This document shows positions 1 to 13,405 of a stretch of 64,000 nucleotides of DNA, piece after piece. Source of the stretch: Octopus sinensis. Taxonomy: Eukaryota. Both the position numbers and the translations under genes were made by a program. Under the pieces are notes generated by a model. It was given only the letters and a program-made list of their open reading frames with translations, did not search any database and was not told the DNA's origin. The stretch's first letter is position 1; each line of letters opens with the position of its first letter. The stretch is taken from positions 82,894,001 through 82,958,000 of the forward strand of contig NC_043000.1 in NCBI RefSeq assembly GCF_006345805.1. Reading direction: 5' to 3'.

Positions 1-220
1 TACTTCTTTTAGTTTTTGTAGTTATTATTGTTACACATTTAACATGAACACCATGAAAACTGCTATTAATGTAGTGACAAGGAAACCTGATGAGAGTATT
101 AAAAAATAATAAATATTACATTTATTCTTATAGGAAAGCAAACTTTTATGTAAGTGTGCGTGTGTGTGTATTAATTGGGTTTATATTTCTAGACGTAAAG
201 AATTTGTGCTATCTTAATTA

Positions 221-532
221 GGAGTACTCCGTCAGTTATGACGACGAGGGTCCCAGCTGATACTATCAATGGAAAAGTTAGCTTGTGAAATTAATGTGCA
301 AGTGGCTGAGCACTCCACAGACACATGTACCCTTAACATAGTTCTCAGGGAGATTCAGTGTGACACACAGTGTGGAAAGTCCAGCCCTTTGAAATACAGG
401 TACTACTCATTTTTGCCAGCTAAGTGGACTGGAGCAACGTGAAAATAAAGGACACGACGTGTTGCCGGGAATTGAAGTCACAACCTTACAATCATGGGCC
501 GAATGCCCTAACCACTAAGCCATGCGCCTTCA
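221..532 (-). mobile_element. tRNA-derived SINE with 14-bp target-site duplication
   Basis: minus-strand head GAAGGCGCATGGCTTAGTGGTTAG (A box) and a B-box-like ACTTCAATTCC; TSD tgctatcttaatta at 207-220 and 533-546. Confidence 0.85.
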
Positions 533-792
533 TGCTATCTTAATTAAATTACATATGACAAACAGCCATAGAATATAAACACATTTGTTTATCGTTGTAC
601 CATAATATATATCTATCCGTTTGTTGATCTATTTCATCATCATAATCATTTAACAGCCATATTCCATGCTGACATGGGTTAAACGGTTTGAGAGGGAACT
701 GGAAAGCCAGAGGGCTGCATCAGGTTCCTGTCTGATGTGGCATAGTTTCTATGGATGGCTGCCTTTCCTAACATCGTGTGTGTGCGTGGTAT

Positions 793-1126
793 GAAGGCGC
801 ATGGCTCAGTGGTTAGAGCATCACGCTTATGATTGTGAGGTTGTGAGTTCAATTCCTGGGCCGGGCTGTGTGTTGTGTTCGTGAGCAAGACTCTATATTT
901 CACGTTGCTCCAGTTAACTCAGTTGTAGAAATGAGTTGCGACATCACTGGTGCCAAGCTGTATTGGCCTTTGCCTTTCCCTTGGATTACATCAGTAGTGT
1001 GGAGAGGGGAGGCTGGTATGCATGGGCGACTGCTGGCCTTCCACAAACAACCTTGCCCGGACTTGTGCCACGGAAAGTAACTTTCTAGGTGCAGTCCCTT
1101 GGTCATTCATGACTGAAGCGGGTCTC
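793..1126 (+). mobile_element. tRNA-derived SINE
   Basis: A box TGGCTCAGTGG and B box GAGTTCAATTCC; full-length homology to the inverted copy at 22483-22812. Confidence 0.85.
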
Positions 1127-3387
1127 CAATATATATATGTGCGCGTGTGTGTGTATATATATATATATGTAGTTACATATATATCTTTGTACCATAATAT
1201 AAAATATATTCACATTTGGGTATACATAATATATTATGGGAGAAAAAGTAGTAAGTATATGTAAAAGACTTTTATTCATTCATTTGAAACTAGAGTCACT
1301 CTACCACTTGCCAATTTCTCATATTGTATAATGTTTCAAATGACAAAAAGGTGAACCTTTTGTCCCCCTACAGAAACTCTGAGTGATGGATTGAATCATC
1401 AGTTGGTACACAGACTTAATGGATTTTAAACCAATTAACTCAGCCATAGTACTTATTTTTTATTTTAAGTTTGGTACTTATAGAATATTTTTATATGAGA
1501 TGGCAAAGTGACAGAATTTAAACAAACCTACACCAATGGTCAAACAGCAAAGCACAGTCATGATGCACACACAGACACGCACAACATGGTTTCAATTTCT
1601 TAACCACACACCCATCCCTATATATATAATTGAAGAGCTTTTGCACAGCTTCCATCTACTAAATTCACTTGCAAGGTATTGGTCATTTGGGTGCTATGGA
1701 GGAAAGCACTTGTTCAAGGTACTGCACAATGGAACACAACCCAAGACCATGTAGTTGAAGAAAAGCAAATTTATTTACTCAGCTGTGCCTGCACTTTGTA
1801 TATATTTATGATTTGCAGGTATGCATGTGTGATTAAAAGTTATAGTCTGATATCGCTTCTTATATTGAAGTCTTGGGTTGATCAGTATCCTGTGGATGTA
1901 GTTGTGTTTACAGAAACTCTTCAAAAACCTATCATACGTCTCTATGTATCTGTGTTTGTGTATTTTAACACACCTAGTTGTAAAAGGAATGATGCTTCAA
2001 ACTATTAACTTAGTATTTTAACAAATATATTCTGTTACGATAAGTACTAGAGCAGATATGAATGATTGTCCAACTGGATATGAAGTTCACTTTATATTTA
2101 GCCTGATTGAATAGGAACCTGAAATTAGTATATCTAAATGTGAGGTGACAACTGCAATAACATAAACAACCCTCACCCCTCAGCATCAAGTACTTTTTTT
2201 GAACTCCTTGCCTGTGTACCTGTGTAGATTATGTAATATTATATATATATATATATATTAATTTATATACGTATATATAGTCTTTTATTGTTTTATACAT
2301 TTCGACCGAGAGGGTGTGGCCATGCTTGGGCTCCTAACCACATGGTTTCAGGTTCAGTCCTACTGCATGGGAACTTGGGTGAGTGTTTTCTGCTATATCC
2401 TTGGGCTGACCAAATCCTTGTGAGTGGATTTGGTTGACAGAAATTGAAAGAAGTCTGTCATATATATGTGTGTGTTTGTCTTCCCTTCACTGCTTGACAA
2501 CCAATGCCCCTGTAACTTAGCGGTTCAGTAAAAGAGACCAATAGAATAAGTACTGGGCTTAAGAAAATGAGTACAGTGCTTGATTTGTTCAGCTAAAACC
2601 CTTCAAGGCAGTGCTCCAGCATGGCCACAGTCAAATGACAAATAAGTAAATGGATAAAAGAATATATATATATAAATATACACACACACATACTTTTTCT
2701 GCATTGTGCTTAACACTGGGAGATAGCTTGTGAACATTGTTGTCTGGCCCATCTACAGTTGACTGTAGTTTACAATCAATTATCTTTGGCTGAAATCTTT
2801 ATCCGTTTGAACAGTAAAGTAAAACCCAGTATATTTATAATTATAAACAAATTTGTTGGTTTGTTTTTAATTGAATGCTGATCTAAAATCAGATAATACT
2901 TCCTCTCAAATCAATACCTCTGCTTCATTTAAGATTGATTCTTAGATATCTGTATTAAATATCTGAGATGTTTTCTGGGGTTTTCTATTTCACTTTATTT
3001 CTGTCTTTTCCTCCAGATAATGAAGTAACTTTTTTCTTTTTCTTTTTTTAATTGTAGAAATAAATTATTACATTAATTAGGAACTTCTTTTAGCTAGCTA
3101 GAAAGACGACATGAAGTTGCTCAGCCTGCTAAAAATACTAACTAAATCTCTCTAAATCATCTCTACCATCTTAAAAAGTGGAAACAGAAAATATAAACTC
3201 ATGGATGCATTGTAACAAAAACAGACAAAACAAAAAAAAAATATGATGTAGTAGTCATGACTGCCATGCCTTTAATCTGTCTGCTCAATTAACATCAATC
3301 TGAGGCTGAACAACAGCTACATGTTATTTTTCTTTCTCTTGTTCTGCAAATGAATTATGGCAGTGCCTTTAACAAATGTGTGCCCTT

Positions 3388-3600
3388 CCCTTTCGCATTC
3401 AGATTGCTCTGTCAAATTTAATATTTATTCACATTGCTTTGAATTAATCATGCATTATCTCATAGCTTTGAGATTTCAATGATGTGATTGTTTATTTTTA
3501 GAATGACTTTGTGGGGTAAGTGTAAAAAGCCAGATCTGGCAGGTTTGAACATAAAACAAGTAGATTTGAGCTGGATATGGCTAGTTTAAATACTAAAGGG
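3388..3600. mobile_element. piggyBac-type MITE, family P2
   Basis: CCCTTTCGCATTCAGATT … AATACTAAAGGG; other copies at about 32807-32981 and 38527-38748. Confidence 0.65.
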
Positions 3601-4684
3601 TTATTAAACCTGCTACTGATCCATAGAAGTAAGGTACTGGTTTTACAGGTGACCCTGGCTGGCCATGTGGTCAGTAGGTCACTGGAACTCTTCTAATCTA
3701 CCTGTTGTAGTTATTCAGGTGGATGATGAACTTAAATTATCATCCATTTTGTAAACATGCAGGTCACTGATCATATTGTAACTTCCTTCCACCAGACTTA
3801 TAGGCCCTACAATGGGTCAGGGATGTGATGCTACTACCTTTTCACTTTTGGCTTAGCCATGAAAAAAGATCCTCTAAATTTCTGACTTTATTAAAATAGA
3901 TGTACAAAGCATTTTCACAGTTTCAATTTATAGCTTCAGTCAGTTATTCTTCAGTAGGCTTATAGTCCATAAGGAGGCAATTTAACTCTAAAACCTACAG
4001 ATGCAGCAATCATTCTATCACGTTGTTGGGAAGTCTGAAGTCAGCTCAATTGAGCAGACTCCATTGATCATAGAATTAGGCAGGCATGGGCATGGCTATG
4101 TGTTAAGAAATTCACTTCTCGGCTGTATGGTTTCATGTTCAATAACACTGTGTCATCCTCTGCTATGGCTCCATTTCTCAGATATGTGCATATGTCTGTG
4201 TGAATATTTCCAGTATATGCTACACATGGAAAAGTGCTGAGCTACAGTGTTGTTTCTTGACATTCCTTGTTTATAGATTGTCCATTTACTTGAAAAAGAG
4301 GTAAAGTTTAATGGCAGGAAGGGCATCCAACTGTAAAACAATACCTCAGTAATGTGTGTGAGACCCATGTAAGTATGGAAAAATGAATGAAAAATGAACA
4401 AGCTAGGTTAAGCGCTAAAGATATACTAAAGAATATACTGCATTCCAACATGCAGCAGTTTATCAATTGTAGCAGTGTGCATTGCACATTCTTCTGTTGA
4501 CTATCCTGCTCATTTTGTTAGAACTTCATCAGCTTATTGATGGTCCAGCAGTAGCTAACTTTTCTTTATTGTGAATTTGCAGCCCCAAAATTTATAACTA
4601 CAGACTTACATAGGAATTTGTTGAGGGATAAATTTGACTTCTGTAAGATAGAATAATTGTCAAAATAATTCTTGATGTTTTATA

Positions 4685-5025
4685 GGCACAGAAGTGGCTG
4701 TGTGGTAAGTAGCTTGCTTACAAACCACATGGTTCTGGGTTCAGTCCCACTGTATGGCACCTTGGGCAAGAGTCTTCTACTATAGCCTCGGGCTGACAAC
4801 AGCCTTGTGAGTGGATTTGATAGACGGAAACTGAAAGAAGCCCGCCGTATATATGTGTGTGTTTCTGTTCCCCAACCATTGCTTGACAACCGATGTTGGT
4901 GTGTTTACAGCCCTCGTAACTTATCATTTTGTCAAAAGAGACCAATAGAATAAGTACTAGGGTTAATTTGTTCAACTAAAGGTGGTGCTCCAGAATAGCT
5001 GCAGTCAAATGACTGAAACAAAAGG
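4685..5025 (+). mobile_element. abundant tRNA-derived SINE, family B (representative copy)
   Basis: TGGCTGTGTGGTAAG...GGTTCAGTCCCAC...GTGAGTGGATTTGGTAGACGGAAACTGAAAGAAGCC; other copies at about 1630(-), 2335, 19368, 21920(-), 24050, 29350, 30880, 33850, 35225(-), 36058, 36450, 38918, 57866(-), 63165. Confidence 0.8.
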
Positions 5026-5407
5026 ATATTTGTTAGGATACACACACACACACACCAGGTTTCATCATCATGTCTTTTTTTATTGCTGACATGGATGGGT
5101 TTGTTTCAGCTTATCATGCTAAAGCAGAGGGAGGAGGGGGAAAAAAACAACCCATTTATTTCAGAAAATAACATTAGATTTTAGTTTCCCCGGATCTATA
5201 TCTTGAGACAAATTACATAAAATCAGTGGGTGGGGTCATAGATAGAACTTCTGTTTGGTACTAGATCTCAGAGATGATGTCCAGTTTGTGTTAGCAGCTG
5301 GTGTTGTTGGTGGATATGGAAGATCCTTGTGGTAGGAGTGGGTCTAGAATTAGTTCACTCAGCTGTGAGAACAGGAATAATGGCATAAGATATGCAGGCA
5401 TTAACAT

Positions 5408-5635
5408 GATGTTTTGTAGACTTAAGATTAAAGACATATTCCAGGTGTTGCATTCTAAGATTTAGGATTAAAGACACAGTCACATATGACAAGACTAAGG
5501 GGTAAAAGACAACTCAGTATTGTTGCTTTGTAAGACTTAAGATTAAAGACACACAGATGTTGTCTTATGTTGTATTGCAGGAGCCTAAAAATTCATGTTC
5601 ACATGTTACATTGTAAAACTTAGAGATGAAAAGAA
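5408..5635. repeat. degenerate minisatellite (about 40-nt period)
   Basis: recurring TGTAAGACTTAAGATTAAAGACA-like units. Confidence 0.6.
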
Positions 5636-6559
5636 ATGGGCACTCCAACTTATACAATTCATGGGAATATAAAATAAGTTTAAAAACTTTTTGTAATATT
5701 TTATGCAATAAGCTAATTACAATAATTGATAGTAGTGACTAATATTTCCAGTTCCTAATATATGTTAAGCCCCTGCTAATATGTTTCAAGTTTAGAATGA
5801 TGCTTGCAATTTATGGTAAAAGATAGGCATTCATAAATGTAGCAATCCTTTGATTACTATTTTCAGTTTTGTATCACACTTAATGGATTTTCTGTTAGCT
5901 GTTCTTTTATTATTGATTATTTTATCAACCTTTGAGATATGAAAGATTAAGACAGTATTTAAAGTATGATCCACAGGCTACTGTTCTAGTAGTCATAGAG
6001 TACTTTATCCTCTTAATCTTCAGTGCCTGTAATTCAGTGTGAGATTTCTGTATATCTGCTGAAAGTAAACATTCTAGAGTCTTTGAAATGAAGAGAGTCA
6101 TGATGTTTCTTCACACCCTAAAACCTAGTTAAACTATGTTCTGTGCTAAAATCAGGGTAGCTATGGCTAAAATGATGATTAAAAGATGTGTAACAAACAT
6201 AAAGTGTGTTAAGACATCTGACACAGTAGAGCTGTGGGTAGACCCCCACATCACTGTTTTCAATGTCATCTGTTTGTTTATGATATAGAACCAACTATAG
6301 TTAGTAACTCAACTACAACTGTTATACAATAAGTTGTTCATAAAAGAGTTGATACAATCCCTATAACACTTACAGCCTCTTTTCATACTAGTGAGATTTA
6401 CCCAGTTATTGCTCAGCTGGAATATCTGATCTGATCTCATTCTTGAAAAGTTAGTTCTTCTCTTACTGCTAAATTATTTTATGATTATTGCTATATTACT
6501 GCTTCATAAAAATACCTTTATTGATGTTTTTTATTCAATACATCTGGTCATTCCTTTAA

Positions 6560-6780
6560 CCCTTTTGATAACAACCTGCCTGAGATTGTCTTTGCCCTAT
6601 GATACAAACTTCCTGTTTTAAAGTGAGCTAAATTAAAACCTTACATTAAAATTTCATGTTAATTTATATTCCAAACTCTACCTTTAACAATGATGAAGTT
6701 TTTTTTATGCAAAATTCTTAATTTTCGAAATAATTGAAACAAAGGCTGTATTTCTCAACAGAAATATGCTAACAACATGG
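6560..6780. mobile_element. piggyBac-type MITE, family P1
   Basis: TTAA-CCCTTTTGATA … AACATGG-TTAA; homologous to 17514-17753. Confidence 0.65.
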
Positions 6781-9725
6781 TTAAATATTTGAATCATCTT
6801 CACTATTTGAAGTGACAGTAGACAAATATAGTTCAGATTGTTTCACTATAGTTCATACTCATTTAGAAGAACAAAAAAAAAACTATACTATTACAATCTA
6901 TATCCTAGTATATATGGTTATCTGTAATAAAGATCCATTAATACACAAGTTCCTGCTCAGGCCTGGTCTTGAAAAGATTAACCATAATTTGTGTTATTGA
7001 TCTTTTATAATGAGAAACAATAATACAGAAGGTTTACTATTGATTGACAAGATAATAAGAAAATGCCTGCTGCTTTCTGAATACTGCCTGAAAGAGGCAC
7101 TCAAGTCATCATCTGGAAACCGATCCCTCATAGGGACACTGAATGATGGAATGAAATATGTGGTATGTTTGACACCATACATGATGCAAAGTGTAGTCAA
7201 TAGATGATGACTATGATTGTTTCACAATCTCTTTGGTAGATATGAACTTCAAAAAATCCACTAGTTTTCTATTGAAGCCACTGACTTCATGTGAAAGTCA
7301 GCAATATAGAATCCATATACAAGCTTTGTTAGCTATTGTTTATTATTCATTGTAGATGTATGGCCTTGTGGTTAGCGTGTTTGGCTCATGATCTTAAGGT
7401 TGTGGGTTTGATCTCTTGACTAAGCAACTTGTGTTCTTGAGCAAGACATTTTGTGTTTCAGATGCTTTTCATTATCAATTAATAGTAATTGATTGTGATA
7501 ACATGACTTCTCCAAAAATCACTGTGATGATATTGTTGTATTTTGCCCTATCACCTTACTTGGAAATGCATATCAGCCAAGAGCTGGGGCTGCATTCTCT
7601 CTTCCAGCTGTCTCATCTGAATGTTCTGTGTCAAGGGTGGCAGTTCATGTGAGCACCTAAAACAGTTAGCAAAAGCATGGCACATACTATTGATTGATAC
7701 TTGCTTGTGAGAGAAGGCTATGGTGAGAACTTGACGTGGCAATAAAGACTAAGCCTTTGTTGTATAGTATCTTAGTTTGCCTCAACACTTACCTTTTAAC
7801 TGCAATAATGACTCACAGGAGGTAAAAGTTTTTTTTTTTATGAGGGTGGGTTTGTGGAAAATGCATTATCAATGAAGATTGTTGACTCTATCCACCAACC
7901 ACCTGTCTGCATGCTATAGATAAGTTTTATAGTAGTGGTAATAATGACAATCCATTCTACTATATACCTGACGTTTTGGTGGAGGTTAGTTGATTATATA
8001 GACCTCAATATTTGTAGAAAGGAAGAAAGGCAAAGTCAAACTTGGCGAGATTTGAACTCAAAATGTAAAGACAGTTGAAATGCTGCTAAGCATTCTGTCT
8101 TGCACGTTAACAATTCTGCCATCTTGCCATCTTAATAATAATAATTATTATAAAGGAGTAAACCAATCATCATTTGTGTCACTGACAAAGTGAGTATAAA
8201 CTAGTTATAGATGTTTATATTTCAGTTTTGTTCCTATCTGTGCTTCAGACAGTTATTATCAATTAATAGTAATTGCTATATTACACGAGTAAGAATAGGG
8301 TGACTTTTGTGAAGAAATGGTGGAAGGATTCTGTTTGTGTGTGTGTATTTGTTTACATTTATGCTTCTTTAAAAACTACCAAGTTGCAAGTAGTGATGTC
8401 ATTTTTCTTGTTAACAAAATGTCTGCTGACTCTATACCTTTAAAGATATGCAGAAGAAACATTGTATCTGAAAAATAGGTAAAGTTTAGCTAACAGGAAG
8501 AGAATCTGGCCATAAAGCAGTGCTGCAATATATTCATCTAACCAATGCAAGTATGGAAAATAAAGAAGACATCAGGCAATGTAGTTCTTGATAGAATTAA
8601 AATAAAAGTCTGGATGGATGATCATGGTTGGAATAGATTTCATCATAGGTTTGCTGTACCAGAATTGACCTCCTAGGCTAAACAAGAACCAATATGAGCA
8701 TTGTTGTATCAACTTATAATTCATAATTGACTGAATTCTTGTAAATCTATGTAGAATCAGCAATGTAAGTAGTAATGATTGTGAATATTAAGTAGTAAGA
8801 AAAATTTTTTTAAATTTTTTAGCAATAAATAAGGATAATCGCCAGTGTTAAGGATGTTGAACATGGACAGATCCAGTTCTAAATTTATACCTTCTTTTTA
8901 ACCACTTACCATTTATCCTCACCCCTATCACTGTGGCTTAGTGATTGGGAAGATGTTGATGAGAAGGTAATGAAAAGAGTTGGAGGAAAGCAGGTGGAGA
9001 CTTCAGCATGAAGTGAGAGAGATTCCAAATATAGATATACATCACAACCTCTGTCACCACCACCCTATTTTTACCTCAGTTCTGCTAGGCTTGCTTTGGT
9101 GGAGGGAGGGGGTGTCTTCTCTAGTGTAACCTGTGGCCACTTGCAGTAGTCCTTTGTCATCTCTTTCATGAAACTTGGCCTCTTTAGCTCAGTCATCTGT
9201 AGATAATTTCGAATTTTCCGTCTCTTGATGACCCAACTTTCATTCTAAAATACCTTCATGTATCAAATATTTTGTGTTTCCAAAATTAGCAAGAATTAAA
9301 ATTTTTGCTTCTCACAAAAAGAGCTAGAATCCAAAGCTTTAAGCATGACCCTTTCTTTGTGTTTTTATGCAGTTCTCAAAATTCTGTTCAAATTATTTCT
9401 GTATGGTGCTTTGTTGTTATTGTGCCCCAAGTCAGTCTTTATTAAACTGATGTGATGATCTTTAAGTGGTAGGATGTGATTTGAAAGAGATCTGGCCGTT
9501 ATTTTTAATAGGTTGCGCAATCATGTTGCAATTCCCTAGTCTTCTCATGGCGTGGACTCCCACTTGGCCAGCTCTTGTCAAGCCATCCAACCTATGCCAG
9601 CATGGAAGGAGGACGTTAATCGATGATGATGTTACATAGATCTGTTTTGTCTAATTGTTGGACTTACATTTTAAATAAAATGAATACTCACAGGTTGGTG
9701 TATGTGTGTGTGTATTTAATATATA

Positions 9726-10690
9726 TAGGTTGTCCTCAAAAAATGTATGCTCACACTGAATAATTTATAAAGTGAATGCTTACTAAAATAAATTTCATTT
9801 TCAAAATTTTATAGAGAATCTACATACAGAATTTAATTTCTTTGTATGTGTTTTCACGTTTCATTTGGTATTTGCATTCTCATTCAATGGCTACCCTCAA
9901 TTCATTAACTGTTGCCAGTTTTGTACTGTAAACGTTATAGTTTAAGTATCTCCTTTAAAAAAAAGTCTCCTGGTGTGAGGTCTGGTGAACATGAAAGGCA
10001 TTTTCCTGAACTTCTTCCAGTCCACTTGTTTGGAAAAATCTCACCAAGGTAGGCCCTTAAAATATACTATGGTAATGTGGGGATACCTCATCTTGCTGGA
10101 AATAAAACTCCACATTTTCTGTCCTCAGTAATGTGTGGCATAATAGATTTTCACAGCATGTCCAAAAATAGGACCAGTTACTGCACCATCGAAAATGGAT
10201 AGTGTAATTAAACCATATGATAATGAACTCTACCATATTGTACACTTGATTTTGGAAGTTTATATCTCACAGCCTGCTTGTCAACAGATTTTCATCAACT
10301 CTGACAACATGTTTCTTGTGCCCTTTCTTGTTTTATGGGGTTCATTTATGTCTGTGGTCTCCTGGAATGTTTCATTTGGATATTCCGCACAGTTCCATCT
10401 ACTTCAAACTTATCTTTAGTTTGATGATAAGTCATGTAGTTGGATCTGGTTGAAATTCTCTCTTAAACTGTCTTTGCACTTGACTGCATTTACAAATTTC
10501 CAGTAGAACTTTCGGATAAATCTCCTTTGCTCAAAGATTAGTCTGGCTCCCTTCACTATTTCTACTGGGTTAAATCTAAAAGCAAATGAAAATTAATTAT
10601 CAGCTGTTACAGATTTTCATCAACTCTGACAACTTGTTTATTGTGACCTTTCTTGTTTTATGGGGCTCATGGATGTCTGTGGTCTCCGTA
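9726..10690 (-). mobile_element. degenerate Tc1/mariner-superfamily transposon
   Basis: TA-flanked TIR-like end (taggttgtcctcaaaaaatgt); minus-strand remnants SPDLTPGDFF (SPDL motif), FYFQQDEVSPHY (QQDGAPPH) and N-terminal FEQRRFIRKFYWKF. Confidence 0.8.
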
Positions 10691-13178
10691 ACCCCAGTTT
10701 AATTATCTGGAGAGTATGTACCTAAGTTTACCAATTAGTCTGTCTACAGGTAGACAGATCTGTTACCTATAATACACTTCTTCTGTGAATCAGTGTAGTT
10801 TGTGAAAAAATGTAACTTAAAGTAGTGATACTAAGGTCCTTAATTGATTGGGTTTAGGAGAACAAGTATGAGTTCCAATCTCTTACAGGAAGGATTGAAG
10901 TCAGCCTTTGTCATTCTTATTGTGTTCCCATTACTTGCCTATGTGGACAATGAATTAACAACTGAGTTCCTTACCCACAGGGTCACTGCTAGGGTTGAGA
11001 AGGAATTATTGTGTTACTGGAATCAGAGTTAATAGACACATACTGATTTTGACCATACATAAATTATGATATAATGCTGATGGTAGGAGAGGTTCTCTTG
11101 CTGGATAATTAACTTCTGTTGGCTATTGTTTATACTTATCCATTGAACTGGATGTGTTTGAACAATAACCAAATTGCTGAAGAAAACATACCCTCTTTAA
11201 AGTAGTATCTCGCTTAAATTGGCAACAGCTACTACATGAAACTATTGAACCATAGAGCAAAGAAGGTAGATGTACTGTTAGCTCAGAATCATCATCATCA
11301 AATGAAGTAGACAACTGTTTCTCAAAATGGATGGTGGAAAATTTTGTACAACTACAAATCAAAGTATAAAAATAAATTTCAACTGTCAGCTAGTAGGGTA
11401 TGTAGGAAGCATAGAACATACCCAAGTTTGGTCAAAGCCATGTGCTAAAGATTGGGTCATTAACTATAGTCAAGCAATGGTGTGTCAAAAGTTCTCTTGT
11501 AGTAGGATGGTACTATATAAAGTAGTTACCTGCATATAAATAGTGCCTAGAACTAAATTCATCTGGCCTGATGCTGTGTGTATGTACATGAGAAAATGGT
11601 GTGGGAGCATTGAGAGTGTAAGAAAACAAATGGAGTGAAACACTGAATTAAAGTTTGAACATTGAAAGTTAAAACATCACTGCTTATTTATAAAACAAAT
11701 CCAAATAAAAAAAAAATTGGTAAGATTTTTTTAAATGGATTAAAAGAATGGGAAAGTATGAAAGCACCTAGAAACTGACTATAGAAATTATCCCTATTTA
11801 TCTAGAGGCCATTAGTGATGTAGCTATAACTGTATCAACAATCTCATCCACTGTAGTATTGAGACACTCTTTTCTGCACTGGCAAATAGTCAAATCAGAT
11901 TTAAGAGCTTTGATGAAGGATCTGGTGGAAGCAATTCTGAATTTAGGAACATGATGTCAGCAATCTTAGCATTTTTTAATTATGTAACTTCTATTCTATA
12001 GTGTTTCTTTAATAAAAGAATAAACTTTTCAGTTTTTCATAATATAGTTATTTCATTTAATGTAATGTTTCATGTTACACTTCATTAAAATTTATATTTA
12101 AACAATGCTTTAATCTCAAAAATGTAAGGTTATGTGTCTAATTGAGTATGTGTAATTGTAACTTTAATTTTTAAAAAAAAGGCAACAACAGTATATCTAT
12201 ACCCATTAAACTCAAATTTGAACAGGCTGGAATGCTAAGAAAGAAGCATAGTGATACACATTGGTAATATGTATTGTATACCTTCAGTCCTTGTAAGAAA
12301 TAGATCATTAGAATATATTGAGGAGTAAAAGGTTCTGTGTATTGATTGCACAACCGTCATTGCAGTTAATAGTGACAAGGGTATAAACCAATTTCTCAAA
12401 CTTGGCCAGCTGCTGCACTCGTTAACATATACCACACAACTCTTAAATGGTATGAACAATGCTTTGTTGTTGTAGTTGTTGACTTCATCACACATGTAGT
12501 ATATGAACATTGATCTCTGTACTTATCCAAGTATTTCCTTCATATCTGTAGACACACTTACATTTTCTAGTTTGTTTTTATCATATATTATAAATTTTGG
12601 GATTGTGTGTGTGTGTCTGCTTACTTTTTTTCTTTCAAGTGCATGGTTTTTTTTTTCTCTTACTGTTTCTGTGTTTATATGGTCCCTGTAGAATATGTAT
12701 TCTTTCTTTAGCCATTCCTCTGTGGGTGTTTGTGTTTCTGAAGCACACTCTCTTATGTATGTTCTTCATTTAGTAGTCTGTGTGTGTGGTCTTCAGCACA
12801 CTCTCCTGTCAATGTACACTCTCAAATGCTCAGCATGTCTGCTTGTAGTCTTGCAGTATTTTATCCCCTGTGTGTGGTCTTCTATCATGTGATTTTCAGT
12901 CTGGGTGGTCCCTCTTCCCTCTCACTGTCTGAAAGTATCCTTTTAATCTATTTATTTACTCCACTATTGTTTCATTTGTGTCTTAGTGTCTATGTCCATT
13001 TGTGTTATTATATAACAGATGTCAAAGCTACTGTTTGTAAATTCTCTAAAAGAAAGTGTTGTTAAGATTCTGCTCATTGGTTTGTATTTATTATTCTCTA
13101 GTGTTTGAGTGAACAGCTATTAATTAATTCTACCTAATTTATATCTTTGTTCATTTTGTTTTATTTTTTTTATTTTAG

Positions 13179-13405
13179 GGAAACTTTCCCAGTCTGATTT
13201 AGATGACAGAGCAATGGACGCTCTTAAAGAATTTCCTGCTGAAGACGCTGTATCTGTGTTGAAACAGTTTTGTGATAGCAGTTTGGAACATGTTGCTAAC
13301 AAAAGTGCATTTTTATGTGGACAGATGAAAATGTTTCGACAGAGAACAAAAATACAAGGAATGCCCAACTCTGCTGCAAAAGGCCCTGATGAAACTAAAT
13401 TAAAA
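13179..13405 (+). CDS. Syncrip: hnRNP Q/R (SYNCRIP) first visible coding exon, acidic N-terminal domain
   Basis: ttttag acceptor at 13178; translates (G)KLSQSDLDDRAMDALKEF...VANKSAFLCGQMKMFRQR...KGPDETKLK, matching SYNCRIP DLDERAIEALKEF/NKSAFLCG/KGPDEAK; donor gtatgc at 13406; 227 nt, phase 1-0. Confidence 0.95.

Noticed and set aside
793-870. tRNA-like sequences (A and B boxes) at SINE heads
   Set aside because: They continue into SINE bodies, occur in many diverged copies and lack a proper acceptor stem, so they are not tRNA genes
3017-3024. Possible 8-nt microexon (cctccag|ATAATGAA|gtaact)
   Set aside because: Weak donor, frame-shifting length and no homology support
5408-5635. Repeat-spacer appearance suggestive of a CRISPR array
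   Set aside because: Eukaryotic context, degenerate repeats, spacers related to each other and no cas genes
10844-11539. ORF-rich stretch possibly of LINE origin
   Set aside because: Only a weak RDWNS-like motif was seen, not enough to call an element or gene
1-13178. Search for the Syncrip start-codon exon
   Set aside because: No segment resembling the N-terminal LxxxGL..KVA..LD.I motif was found by eye; it probably lies upstream of the window
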